A DNA stretch of 64,000 bases from Polyangiaceae bacterium (GTDB lineage Bacteria; Myxococcota_A; Polyangia; Polyangiales; Polyangiaceae). A program made the translations under genes and the position numbers. The stretch covers positions 2,400,001-2,464,000 of the forward strand of contig CBDCTZ010000016.1 in NCBI GenBank assembly GCA_965222375.1, in the 5' to 3' direction. The notes beneath the pieces are model-generated. The model had not been told where the DNA came from and did no database searches. It saw nothing but the letters and a program-made list of their open reading frames with translations. Of this stretch, positions 22,274 through 31,702 are shown piece after piece. The first letter of the stretch is position 1. Each line of letters opens with the position of its first letter.

Positions 22274-25200
22274 TTGGCCGACAAGGACTCCAAACCTGTC
22301 ATTGGCGGGGGCGCCGACAAAGGCGGAGCGACCAGTGAGCCCGATCTCACACCCGGCCGCCCGACGGCGCCAGGGTTTCCACCGCCGCCGCCCTTGAAAG
22401 TCCGGCCTCCTCCTCCCATGGCTCGGAGCAAGGCCCCCAAAGCGTCGGCGAGCGCCAAGCGCCCGCTAGCGCCAACGATGTCGGAGGTACCGAAACCGAA
22501 CCTGCAGGCCGAAGAGGCCTCCGAGGACCTTCCGCCGCCGCGCAAGGAGTTCTCCTCCGTTCCCGTTGCCGAAGATCTCGCCCCGGCCGTCGAAGCAGAG
22601 GCCCAAGGCCCGCCCATTTCCGTGCACGGTTTCCAGGGGTCACCCGCGGATCTCCTCAAGCAAGCGCGGGCTCCAATGCAAACGCTGCCGCTGATGGGTG
22701 GACCACCAGCTGGTGATACGGCGGCCAGGACCAAGCTCCCGGTCGGACCGTCTGTGACGCGAAAGTTGCAGACGACGCCCCGAACCTCGCCCACGCCAGG
22801 CCCGACAAAGCCACCCACTCCCTACGCCCCTCCGGCGCGCCCGGCCAAGCCCGCCCCGAAGGTCTTGCCAGTCCCGCCACAACCGAGCGTCGACGAGGGA
22901 GAGCCTCGCCCGTCACTCATTTCTCTGACCTCGGAAGTCGAGCCCACGCTACTCGTCGTCGGTGAAGGGTTCGAAGGGCGTGATGAGCTCATCGCCGCGC
23001 TCCAGGACATTGGCGCCTACGTCGAACCCGCTACGACTTCGGACGCGCAGCAGGCTGCGGTCACAGTCGCTCCAGATCTCGTCGTGCTTCTGGGTGATGC
23101 GGCCAGTGACCGCTTGGCCGACACGTTGGAGGCGTTGGGAACATCGCCGATGAGTTCAGTCGTTCCCGTGGCCGTGCTGTCCGAAGACGATGAGCTGGCC
23201 GCGCGGCTGTCCGCGTTTCGCCATGGAGCAGCGGCCGCAGTCTCCTTCGAAGATGGAGCTCTCGAGACTGCGGCAGAGCTATTGCGCCTGGCCAAACACA
23301 TTCCCGAGCGCAGCGGTGCGAGTGAGGGCAAGCTCGGCGAAGCGACTTTGCCAGAGCTGATTACCGCGCTGTCCGAGGAAGTTCGCAGCGGGATCTTGTC
23401 GGTCTACGGCCCCGCGGACCCCGGCACGGTGTTGCGGCTCGCCCTGGGCGGGGGAAAGCCGCTTGCAGCAGCGGTTGACGACTTCGTGTCCAAGGTCAAC
23501 GAGCTGGTGCTCGACACCGAACCCGTGCAATTCGAGTTCGACGAGCGCGCTGGCGGCACGGTATCCGTATTGTCGGACCGACCACCGCCGCCTCGAGCAC
23601 CTTCCTTGCCGGGGACCGAGGTGGCCGGTTTGCGCATCCTGATCGCAGGCCAAGATCCAGCAGCTGCGGACGCCATGGCGCAGAAGCTCCGCGTGATGGG
23701 CGGAGAGGTGCAGCTGACGGATTTCGAGCCAGATGAGGCGCGCCTCGACCGGCTGCGCCACTTCGACCCCATGGTCGTGCTGATCGGTGAGGAAGATCTC
23801 TCCGGACCCGGCTACGACCTCGTGCGGCGCGTCCGCCTGGACTATCGGCTGCGTTGGGCCGCGCTCTTGGTCATTCGCTGGAGTGAAGTTTGGCCCGATG
23901 AAACCCAGCCCGCCGATCTGGATGACTTGGTCGGCAGTATCGCAGCCCTGGCAGAACCCGAGTTCAGCGCCAAGCAGCGGCTGAGTTCGGGCGCCGCCTT
24001 CGACGTGCGCTTGGAGAGTATTGGTGGGGCGCGGCTCCTGCGCGCGCTGGCGGACGCAGATGGCGTACGTGAGTTGGAGCTGACCAACCCTCGAATCAAG
24101 ATCACTGTGCTCTTGGATAGTGGACAGCTCGTGGCCTGCCAGGGAGTCACCGGGCCAGATTCGGGCCAAGTGCTGGATGGCCCCATGGCGCTGGCCGCGC
24201 TACTCGTTCTGCGCTCAGGACGCGTTCGCGTCAGTCCGAGCCAAGTACCCCCTGGCACGCCGCGGATGGGGCACATTGGCGAGGTGTTGGATCACCTGGA
24301 CAGCGAGCCTCCGATCACGCCATCGCTATTTCCGGGCCCACCAAGCGCCGCTCTACCCGAGCACCTGCGTCGGCCAGCATCCGACGGTCCGGCTGTGGTT
24401 GACGCCGCGCTGGCCTCCGCTGCAGACGAGCCCCTGGCCGATGCGATGGCCACGCCGCGGCAGCGCCGCGTGACCATCGCGGGGATCTCGATGCCCTATT
24501 GGGGCGTTGCCTTGCTGGCGCTATTGGGCCTGGTTGGCATCATCGCGGTCATCGCGCTTGCCGTCGGGCCGTCTGACACGCCAGAAGTCGCCTCCGGCGA
24601 AAAGCCCGTCGACGCTCCGCCGACTTCCTCTTCCGCGGTGGCCTACCTTCCCGCTCCAACTGGATCGGCCCTGCTGCTCGAGCGCGCTCGCCTGGGTGAT
24701 GAAGAAGCTCTGAAGAAGTTGGAGGAGCTGCCGCCGGAGAAGCGCAGCACCGAACAAGCATTGGCTCTTTCTCAAGGTTGGCTGGCCAAGAAACGCATCG
24801 AGCTCGACGAGCTGGATGCAAAGCTCGAGCAGGACCCTGCTCTGCTCGAGAAGCGCGCTACTCAGCGCCAGCTGCTCACCTTCAGTCGTGATGCGAGCGT
24901 GGCGCAGGTCACCCTGCGCATGATTTCGAAACAGGACAGCCCCATTGCGGCGGACCTGCTGTACGAAGTTTGGACGGGTACCCGCGGGCGCACGGAAGGG
25001 ACCCGACTCGCCCAAGCTCTGGTGTACAGCGCGGAGGTGCGACCTCGCGCGTCGCCGGCCCTATCGGCCCTGCTCGACCTGCGCAAAGAGAAAGATTGCG
25101 AGAAGATGCGTGAAGTGCTGGCGCGCGTCCGAGAGCATGGGGATCGGCGCAGCCTGCGCGGGCTCGCGAAACTGACGCTGCGCCGCGGTTGTGGTCCCAA

Positions 25201-25294
25201 AAAGAGAAAAGACTGTTTTCCGTGCCTGCGTGATGGCGAGGAACTTCGCAAGGCCATCAACACGGTTAAGGACCGGCCCGACCCACGCTTCTAG
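22274..25294 (+). CDS. Large membrane signalling protein: Pro-rich N-terminus, two degenerate receiver-like domains, DUF4388-like segments, TM, helical C-terminal domain
   Basis: APDLVVLLGD..VPVAVLS..AFRHGA; GKLGEATLPELI..RSGIL; LRILIAGQD..; TM YWGVALLALLGLVGIIAVIALAV; CGPKKRKDCFPCLR. Confidence 0.7.
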   Translation: MADKDSKPVIGGGADKGGATSEPDLTPGRPTAPGFPPPPPLKVRPPPPMARSKAPKASASAKRPLAPTMSEVPKPNLQAEEASEDLPPPRKEFSSVPVAEDLAPAVEAEAQGPPISVHGFQGSPADLLKQARAPMQTLPLMGGPPAGDTAARTKLPVGPSVTRKLQTTPRTSPTPGPTKPPTPYAPPARPAKPAPKVLPVPPQPSVDEGEPRPSLISLTSEVEPTLLVVGEGFEGRDELIAALQDIGAYVEPATTSDAQQAAVTVAPDLVVLLGDAASDRLADTLEALGTSPMSSVVPVAVLSEDDELAARLSAFRHGAAAAVSFEDGALETAAELLRLAKHIPERSGASEGKLGEATLPELITALSEEVRSGILSVYGPADPGTVLRLALGGGKPLAAAVDDFVSKVNELVLDTEPVQFEFDERAGGTVSVLSDRPPPPRAPSLPGTEVAGLRILIAGQDPAAADAMAQKLRVMGGEVQLTDFEPDEARLDRLRHFDPMVVLIGEEDLSGPGYDLVRRVRLDYRLRWAALLVIRWSEVWPDETQPADLDDLVGSIAALAEPEFSAKQRLSSGAAFDVRLESIGGARLLRALADADGVRELELTNPRIKITVLLDSGQLVACQGVTGPDSGQVLDGPMALAALLVLRSGRVRVSPSQVPPGTPRMGHIGEVLDHLDSEPPITPSLFPGPPSAALPEHLRRPASDGPAVVDAALASAADEPLADAMATPRQRRVTIAGISMPYWGVALLALLGLVGIIAVIALAVGPSDTPEVASGEKPVDAPPTSSSAVAYLPAPTGSALLLERARLGDEEALKKLEELPPEKRSTEQALALSQGWLAKKRIELDELDAKLEQDPALLEKRATQRQLLTFSRDASVAQVTLRMISKQDSPIAADLLYEVWTGTRGRTEGTRLAQALVYSAEVRPRASPALSALLDLRKEKDCEKMREVLARVREHGDRRSLRGLAKLTLRRGCGPKKRKDCFPCLRDGEELRKAINTVKDRPDPRF

Positions 25295-25317
25295 ACCCTC
25301 GGCGACAGACTCGGGCC

Positions 25318-26634
25318 TCAGGCATGTAGCGGGGCGAAGGGGCCGCAGTTCTTGTCGTCGCCGATCCCGCTGATCTTGTGACCCATCAAGTGGGCCACGG
25401 AGGTCAGGATCCTGTCGTTGTTGATCGTGTTGCTGAGCTCCATGTAGCGGTTCGTCTTGAGCTGACCGGCGGCGTTGCCAAACAACACCACGGGGATCTT
25501 CTTCATCTGGTGGTGGCGCCCAAAGTGGGACACGGCCAGGATCAGGGTGTTGTCCAGCATGGTGCCGTTGCCTTCTGGGGTGTCCTGTAGCCGTTTGGCG
25601 AACTTTCCAAGCTGTTCCCAGTCCCAGGCACCTGACTTGATGTAGGCGTCTCGCCTTGCGGCGGCGCGATGGTGCACGTCGTCGTGAATGCCGTCCGTGT
25701 TGACTCCCGGCACCCACTCGTAGCGCCAGTGGTAGCCCGAGTAGCCCCAGATCATTCCGCCCACCTGCACGCGGTTGCACGCCAGAGCGGCGAACATCAC
25801 GTCTAGGTGCGCCTGAGCTCTCGTGGGAACGTACTTATTCGTGGCCTCCCGCCCCGGCACGTTGCATTCGACGGCGGTGGCTGGCTGGCCGCCGTCCAGA
25901 TCTGCGAGAACGCTCAACTCGGCGCGACGAATGGCGTCTTCATGGGCGTCCAGCTTGAGCTTTTCGAAGCCCGAGAGTTCTTGGCGAAAGCGTTTCAGCT
26001 CCGAGGTCAGGTCGTCTAGTACCGAGCGGCGCGCCCGGAGTGCGTTGAGGCGCGCGGTTTCGGCTGCCGGGTCCACCGCGTCTCCCGGCGAGAAGCCTTT
26101 GAACACTTTGTCCCAGGCCTGCTCCGGAGGAGCGATGGGCACTTTGAACTGATTCGGCCCCGTGGCGAAGGGTTTGCCGCGCATGTGATTGCTGGCGCCC
26201 GTGTGCACGATGGTTTCCAGGGAAGACAGACCGAGATCTCGGACCAGCAGTTGGTCGATGGAGATGCCGCCGGGCTCACCATTCAGGGAATCCGTCGGGT
26301 GTGCCAACACATTCTTGGCGGTCAGCACCTTACCCACGGTCCGGATGTGATTGTTGCCTTTAGGGTTCAGGCCCGAGTCCTTGATGTCCACACCTTTGAC
26401 GATTACCAGTTCGTCTTTGACGGACTGAAGGCCCTGCAGCATCGGCGACAGCTGCCAATCGTTTTCGGTTCCCGAGGGGAAGAACGCCGCCTCGTCCGGG
26501 TAGCCACCGCAATGAACCCAGAAGAACACCCGCTTTGGCAACGCCGCTTCCGCGGCCGCTTGGCGCACGGAAAGCACCGGCGACAGCAACAGTGCGGCCT
26601 TCATGCTGTTGAATAGAAAGTCTCGACGCTTCAT
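25318..26634 (-). CDS. DUF1552 family protein (Tat signal)
   Basis: MKRRDFL; GGISIDQ; ALACNRVQV; HDDVHH; PEGNGTMLDNT; adjacent to the DUF1592-type gene. Confidence 0.85.
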   Translation of the reverse strand: MKRRDFLFNSMKAALLLSPVLSVRQAAAEAALPKRVFFWVHCGGYPDEAAFFPSGTENDWQLSPMLQGLQSVKDELVIVKGVDIKDSGLNPKGNNHIRTVGKVLTAKNVLAHPTDSLNGEPGGISIDQLLVRDLGLSSLETIVHTGASNHMRGKPFATGPNQFKVPIAPPEQAWDKVFKGFSPGDAVDPAAETARLNALRARRSVLDDLTSELKRFRQELSGFEKLKLDAHEDAIRRAELSVLADLDGGQPATAVECNVPGREATNKYVPTRAQAHLDVMFAALACNRVQVGGMIWGYSGYHWRYEWVPGVNTDGIHDDVHHRAAARRDAYIKSGAWDWEQLGKFAKRLQDTPEGNGTMLDNTLILAVSHFGRHHQMKKIPVVLFGNAAGQLKTNRYMELSNTINNDRILTSVAHLMGHKISGIGDDKNCGPFAPLHA

Positions 26635-26662
26635 GTCAGCTCCGGCTGGATCGCTGTAGGGC

Positions 26663-28339
26663 TCATTGCTGCCACTTCTTCAGGTAGAAATCCGGGTCGG
26701 CTAGCAGGTCTTCCATCAGCTTCTGGATGTTCCCGCCGCTCTGGCCAAAGCCTTTGGCGAGGCTGGTGGACATGGCGTCCACGTGGTCGCCTTTGGCGCT
26801 GCCGACCGCGTAGGCGACCAGGTTGCGAGTGAAGCACGCTGAAACGACTTCGCTCGTGGACAGGGTATCGACGAAGTTCGAGAAGCTCTCGAAGGACTTG
26901 GTCTCCGTGCCAACGGCGATGTCGGCGACCGCCGTATCGATGGGACGGTCTCCCTTCTTGGTCTGAAACTGTCCCAGCGCATCGAAGTTGCCGAACAAGA
27001 AACCCAAGGGCATGAACTGCTTGTGGCAATTGATGCACTCTTGGCTCTGGTTCATCATCGTTTCGAACTGTTCTCGCGTGGTCATCTCTTCGAAGTTGGA
27101 GCCCTCGCCAGCGACGTTCATGGCGGCTGTGGCCGTATCGATCCCCGAGGGCAACCCAACCTGTTGACACAAGAGCTGGTTCTTGATCAGCAGGCCACGA
27201 ATCACCGGCCGGTCCTTGTCGACCTCGCCCACCGAAGCGTGCACCGCCATGACGCTTGCCAAGCTCAGGATCCCTTTGCGTTCCGCAGAATCGAGGCTGG
27301 CGCGCTGCATCTTGTCGCTGTCTGAAATGAGGCCGTAGAGCGGCGCCGTGTGGCGATTGACGAAGGCCTGGGTGCCCGTCAACAGGCCCTGCAGCGTGCC
27401 TGGTCCGTCGAAAACGACATCCGTGACATACAAGGAGAATTCATCGCGCAACGCGGATGCCTGCGCCTGGCCGCTCAGCTTCGGGAACGCCTGGGGATCG
27501 GCGACCATCTCGTCCAGTTCGTTCACTCGCAGCCATTGCTGTAGGATCTGCACGAAGCGAGCGCGCCCCGCGTCGGTCGCGAGCAAGCGACGCACATGTG
27601 ACCGAATGCGCTCTCCCTCGAGCAAGCCCGCTTCGGCGTCTTGGAACAGCTCTTCGTCGGGCATGCTTCCCGTGAGCGCGTAGGAGATCACTGACGCGCG
27701 TTCGTATTGATCGAGGGTCGACTCCTGCTGACCCGTCTTCTTGCCGACTTCCATTCGGTGTAGGAAGTGGACGGACGCCAATAGCCGAGTGACCAGGCTC
27801 TGGGTTGCCAGCACGCGGTCCGACGTCTCTGTGCTTACCCGCTTGAACAGTGACAACAGGGTGCTGCTCTCCTCTGAGGATAGCGGCCGACGGAAAGCGC
27901 GGCGGCCCAGGTCGTTTGCGATCTGGGTGATACAGGTATCCTGGACGTCGCTCGGCTCGAAGCAGGGGTAGTCGGTCGTGATGCGTGTCTCCACGTATTG
28001 GGTGCCGAGTCGCTCAGCCTCGTCCAAGAGCGCCACGAACAGGTTCTCATCCAGCTTTCCAGCGGAGCCCGTATCGAAGCCCGAGCCGAGATCTGCATGA
28101 GCAAGGCCTTCCGTGGCTTCGAGGCCGAGCAAGTCGCGAACGGTGTTGCGGTACTCTGCAGCGCTGAGCAGTCGGACTTGGGGCGGCGAGAGCGAGCGCA
28201 GGCTCGAAGACGACGCTCCCTTGCCGCCCGGCTTCGATGGATCTGGCTCGCCGGGCTTGCCAATGTCGCCGGTGCACGCGGCGAGCAGCACCGCGATCAG
28301 GGCGGCGACGAGCCATCGAAGGCGGATCTGGTGCGACAT
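26663..28339 (-). CDS. DUF1587/1595/1592/1588/1585 (PSD/PSCyt-type) lipoprotein with CxxCH
   Basis: Lipobox LAAC; RLLSAAEYRNTVRDLLG; RRAFRRPL; SMPDEEL; RKGIL; PVIRG; CINCH..PLGF.F.NFDALG. Confidence 0.87.
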   Translation of the reverse strand: MSHQIRLRWLVAALIAVLLAACTGDIGKPGEPDPSKPGGKGASSSSLRSLSPPQVRLLSAAEYRNTVRDLLGLEATEGLAHADLGSGFDTGSAGKLDENLFVALLDEAERLGTQYVETRITTDYPCFEPSDVQDTCITQIANDLGRRAFRRPLSSEESSTLLSLFKRVSTETSDRVLATQSLVTRLLASVHFLHRMEVGKKTGQQESTLDQYERASVISYALTGSMPDEELFQDAEAGLLEGERIRSHVRRLLATDAGRARFVQILQQWLRVNELDEMVADPQAFPKLSGQAQASALRDEFSLYVTDVVFDGPGTLQGLLTGTQAFVNRHTAPLYGLISDSDKMQRASLDSAERKGILSLASVMAVHASVGEVDKDRPVIRGLLIKNQLLCQQVGLPSGIDTATAAMNVAGEGSNFEEMTTREQFETMMNQSQECINCHKQFMPLGFLFGNFDALGQFQTKKGDRPIDTAVADIAVGTETKSFESFSNFVDTLSTSEVVSACFTRNLVAYAVGSAKGDHVDAMSTSLAKGFGQSGGNIQKLMEDLLADPDFYLKKWQQ

Positions 28340-28729
28340 CGGCGCACACTGTGTGCAAGCGGCATGCCTAGGGATTTCAAAGGGTTGGCGGATCACGCTG
28401 CTAGGCTCGGATCCGGAGCCGCGGGTCGGGTCGACCTGAGCCGCGTCGTCCTTTCTTGGCCGTTTCTCGCGTTCGCTCTCGAGCCAAGGGCTCTGCGGCG
28501 CCCTTGGACGAGATTGAGAACCGAGGCGTCGGAGCGCGACGGACTCAGTCACGGCGGACCTGGCAGGTCGCACCGCCGCCCGATCTGAAGCGTCCGTTTC
28601 AGGACAGCCGCCACAACTCGCAAGACCAGCGTAGAGCCGGTGCTTGCTCCAGAGATGAAGGATGCACTTGCGCCCTCTGACAAGGCGCGGCCGCAGGCGG
28701 CGCACTTTCCGTCTGCTACTCTCCACCAC

Positions 28730-29380
28730 ATGCGTCGATTCGCTTCAGTCTGCGTGATCGTCATGTCTGTCGCGATATGGCCGGCCTGCAGCGACGATAC
28801 GAGCGCCGATCCTGGCTCGCCGGCGGACTCCGGCTCGGGCACGGGCGGCAGCGCGGGTGCGGCGGCAAGTGGTGGCGCAGCGGGGACCGGCGGAGCTGCG
28901 GGTAGCGGGGGCGCCGCAGGCAGCGGCACTGGCGGCGTCGTTGCGGATGCCAATTCGGATAGCACCGCGACCGGCGGCAGCGATGCGGCTGCTGACGGCA
29001 GTGCCGGTGCGAGCGGTGCCGCCGGAAGCGACGCCGGCATTGAGGGCGGTGCGGGTACGGGTGGCTTGGGTGGAATCGATGCGGGCAGCGACGGAAGTGC
29101 GGCGACGGGTGGTACCGGCGGCAGCGCGAGCGGTGGGGCGGGGGGCAGCGGGGGCAGTTGCGCCACTTGCAGCGAGTTGCTCGCGGGAACGAGCGCCAAG
29201 CCCCTGTGCCCGAACTCATCCGTGTTGCTATTTGCGCTGAAGAAGTGCTTGTGCACCTACTGTGCAACCGAGTGCAGCGACGACACCTGCTATCCGGGCA
29301 TCATTCCGGACTCCAAGTGCCTGGCCTGTGCGCAAACGACTTGTCTTTCGGAAGCTGCGTCCTGCAAGGCTGACAACTAA
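28730..29380 (+). CDS. Gly-rich-linker lipoprotein with small Cys-rich C-terminal domain
   Basis: MRRFASVCVIVMSVAIWPAC; GG/DAG linker; CLC..CATEC..C..CLACAQTTC..SC. Confidence 0.72.
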   Translation: MRRFASVCVIVMSVAIWPACSDDTSADPGSPADSGSGTGGSAGAAASGGAAGTGGAAGSGGAAGSGTGGVVADANSDSTATGGSDAAADGSAGASGAAGSDAGIEGGAGTGGLGGIDAGSDGSAATGGTGGSASGGAGGSGGSCATCSELLAGTSAKPLCPNSSVLLFALKKCLCTYCATECSDDTCYPGIIPDSKCLACAQTTCLSEAASCKADN

Positions 29381-29417
29381 CCCGTGCGCGGTCGGGCGCT
29401 GGAACCCGCTTTCGTCG

Positions 29418-30719
29418 TCAACCAACCGTGCGCGCCGGATCCAAAGTGTGAATCAGCAACCCGGTGGGTACCTTCGGGTGGAAGAAGGTTGACTTCTGCG
29501 GCATGACTTCGCCTGCTTCGGCAACTCGACGAATCGCGCTCACCGGAGTGGCGTTCATCATGAAGAGGACCTGAGCATCGCCCGCAGCCAGTTTGTCCAG
29601 TCCTTTGCGAGCATCCTGCAGGTAGATGATGTTCGTCTTCGCCGCCTGGGCCTCGGGCGACACACCCAATAGATGCTCGATGATGCCTGCGTGCAGCAGC
29701 GCCGCCGCGGTTGTGCGCACGACCTCTGGGCGCTTTCCCAGAACCGGGTGCGCCTCGAGATCTGCGCCTCGGCGCACGGTGAGCAGTACGGCTTGGGACT
29801 CGCTGGTTGCGGCGCATAGGGCCGCGCCGCCAGCCTGCTCCAGGGCCGCAGCCCATTTGGAGGCGGACCCGCCGAGAGGCGTGACGTCGAATAGGCCTCG
29901 CGCCTGCTGACAGAACTCCTCGAAGTCGAAGTGGTGCAGCGAGTGCAGCAAGCGATGCGTCGGGAAAACCAGGAGGTTCGGGTCATCTCCGTTGGCGAGT
30001 AGTGCCGGAGTGAACAGGTGCTCGCCGCGCGGCGCTTCCAACCCTTGGCCACGGGCGTCCGCGTCTATTTCGCCAGCCAGAGTCACGGCGGTTTCGTAGC
30101 GATGATGGCCATCGGCAATCAGCAGCTTGCCGCCGGCGAGGGCAGCTTGGATCCTGCTGATGGCTTCGGGTGACGTCACCAGCGACAGCTCGTGCTGGAC
30201 GCCATCGTCCGTAGTGAAGTCCGCAAAGGGCTCCCCCGCGTCGAGATCTGCGTCCAGTTTGCGCGCTGGATCCGCGTAGAGCATGAACTGCGGAGAAAGC
30301 GTGGCTCGGGTGGCGCGCGATAGGCTAATGCGGTCGAGCTTGGGCCCTTTCAGTGTTCGCTCGTGGGGCAGTACGACCCCAGCGCTGAACGGTACCGCAC
30401 GCACCAGTGCGAAGAAGCCCCGTCGCGTGCAGCGTTGGCCACCGGCGGGCGGGTCGAAGGTCTGCGAGTAGCGCCAAAACGCGCTCCGCCCCTGACGATG
30501 CAGCACGCCCTCCTTCTGCCATCGGGCAAAAAGGGCCTTGGCGTTTTCGTAGCGTTCGTCGGGGCCACCTTCGGGCAAGTCTAGGTGGACGACGTTGTGT
30601 TCGTGGCGAGCACCCAGAGACGCGCGCAGCTCAGGGCCAATCACGTCGTAGGGAGGCGCGACGACCTGAGGCAGCAGCTGCGCGTCGAAACACAACGGAT
30701 CGAGCGGCGCGATCTCCAT
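29418..30719 (-). CDS. DUF1015 family protein
   Basis: APPYDVI, PHERT, LIADGHHRYETA, PTHRL, MPQKSTFFHPK; start chosen at MEIAP (30719). Confidence 0.9.
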   Translation of the reverse strand: MEIAPLDPLCFDAQLLPQVVAPPYDVIGPELRASLGARHEHNVVHLDLPEGGPDERYENAKALFARWQKEGVLHRQGRSAFWRYSQTFDPPAGGQRCTRRGFFALVRAVPFSAGVVLPHERTLKGPKLDRISLSRATRATLSPQFMLYADPARKLDADLDAGEPFADFTTDDGVQHELSLVTSPEAISRIQAALAGGKLLIADGHHRYETAVTLAGEIDADARGQGLEAPRGEHLFTPALLANGDDPNLLVFPTHRLLHSLHHFDFEEFCQQARGLFDVTPLGGSASKWAAALEQAGGAALCAATSESQAVLLTVRRGADLEAHPVLGKRPEVVRTTAAALLHAGIIEHLLGVSPEAQAAKTNIIYLQDARKGLDKLAAGDAQVLFMMNATPVSAIRRVAEAGEVMPQKSTFFHPKVPTGLLIHTLDPARTVG

Positions 30720-30857
30720 GCCTTCCAACATACACGCTGGCACACGAAACGTAGAGTTTTTGCGCTCGCCGGCGGCATTCAGCTCACCGGGCTCAGCCCT
30801 TGAACCGCTCCGATGGCAGCGGAAGTTCCACGAGTTCGCCGTAGAGCAGTGCGTGGG

Positions 30858-31166
30858 GCGCACCCCCAGTCGATCCATGAGTCGGTCGTGGTTCGTCGCG
30901 ACGACGGCAGTGACCTCTGGATCTCGGCAGAAGCGCTCGATCACGTTGTGCACCAGGCCGAGGCTCTGGGTGTCCATGCCCGTGTCCGGATCGTCGAAGT
31001 AGACGAAGTTGGGTTCCAAGGCCATCGCCCGTGCCACCGCTACGCGCTTGCGAACCCCATGTGAGAGGTGGGCAGGCGAGGCGTGGAAGTCAGCCTGATT
31101 GATCCCCACCTTGTGCAGCGCCTCCCGCGCTCGGTCGTCGATAGTCTTGGGGTCGAGTTGGAGCAC
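30858..31166 (-). pseudogene. Fragment of an ABC transporter ATP-binding protein (C-terminal half only)
   Basis: PAHLSHGVRKRVAVARAMALEPNFVYFDDPDTGMD..VVATNHD gives signature, Walker B and H-loop; no Walker A; no permease nearby. Confidence 0.7.
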
Positions 31167-31171
31167 GTCTT

Positions 31172-31640
31172 TTGGACGAAGCCTTGGACCTGGCCGTTAG
31201 CGTCACTGGGGCTCGGCGGGGATACATCGAGTTGGGCTTCAAGGCCGAGCCGAGCCGGGACCTTTTGCAGCGGAGGACCAGGCGCTGGCCAAGATTTTCG
31301 CGCGGCATCTGGCTCCCCGGGCGGACCGAGTCTTGGCGCAAGAAGAGGACCAAAGGTCGCGCGACCATACCTCGGACCTGCGCACCCGGCTTTGCACCGA
31401 TAAGCTCGTAGGCCGAAGCCCAGCGCTAGCGAGATTGTTCCAATCCATGTTGGTCGCTGCCCCCGTGGACATGTCCGTGCTGATCACTGGCGAAAACGGC
31501 ACGGGCAAAACCGCCGTTGCCCGCGCCCTGCATGCTAGCTCGCCCCGCTCCGACGGACCCTTCGTCGAAGTGAATTGCGCCGCCATCCCTGGCGCACTCT
31601 TCGAAAGTGAACTTTTCGGTGCCGAGCGTCGAGGCTTCCC
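31172..31640 (+). pseudogene. Fragment of a sigma-54-dependent activator (GAF-like remnant + start of AAA+ domain)
   Basis: LDEALDLAVSVTGARRGYIEL in one frame; [37 protein letters not shown] in another; breaks off before GAFTGA. Confidence 0.75.
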
Positions 31641-31702
31641 TCGCGAGGGTGCCTTGACGCTGGCCCCGGGCGGCCACAAGTACGCCCGCTCGAGGAGGCA
31701 TC

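Noticed and set aside
29418..31166. 582-aa ABC-ATPase/DUF1015 fusion as given by the ORF track
   Set aside because: The ABC part lacks Walker A, the joining segment is not protein-like, and DUF1015 has its own start at 30719 with a -10-like box; better read as a fragment that happens to be in frame
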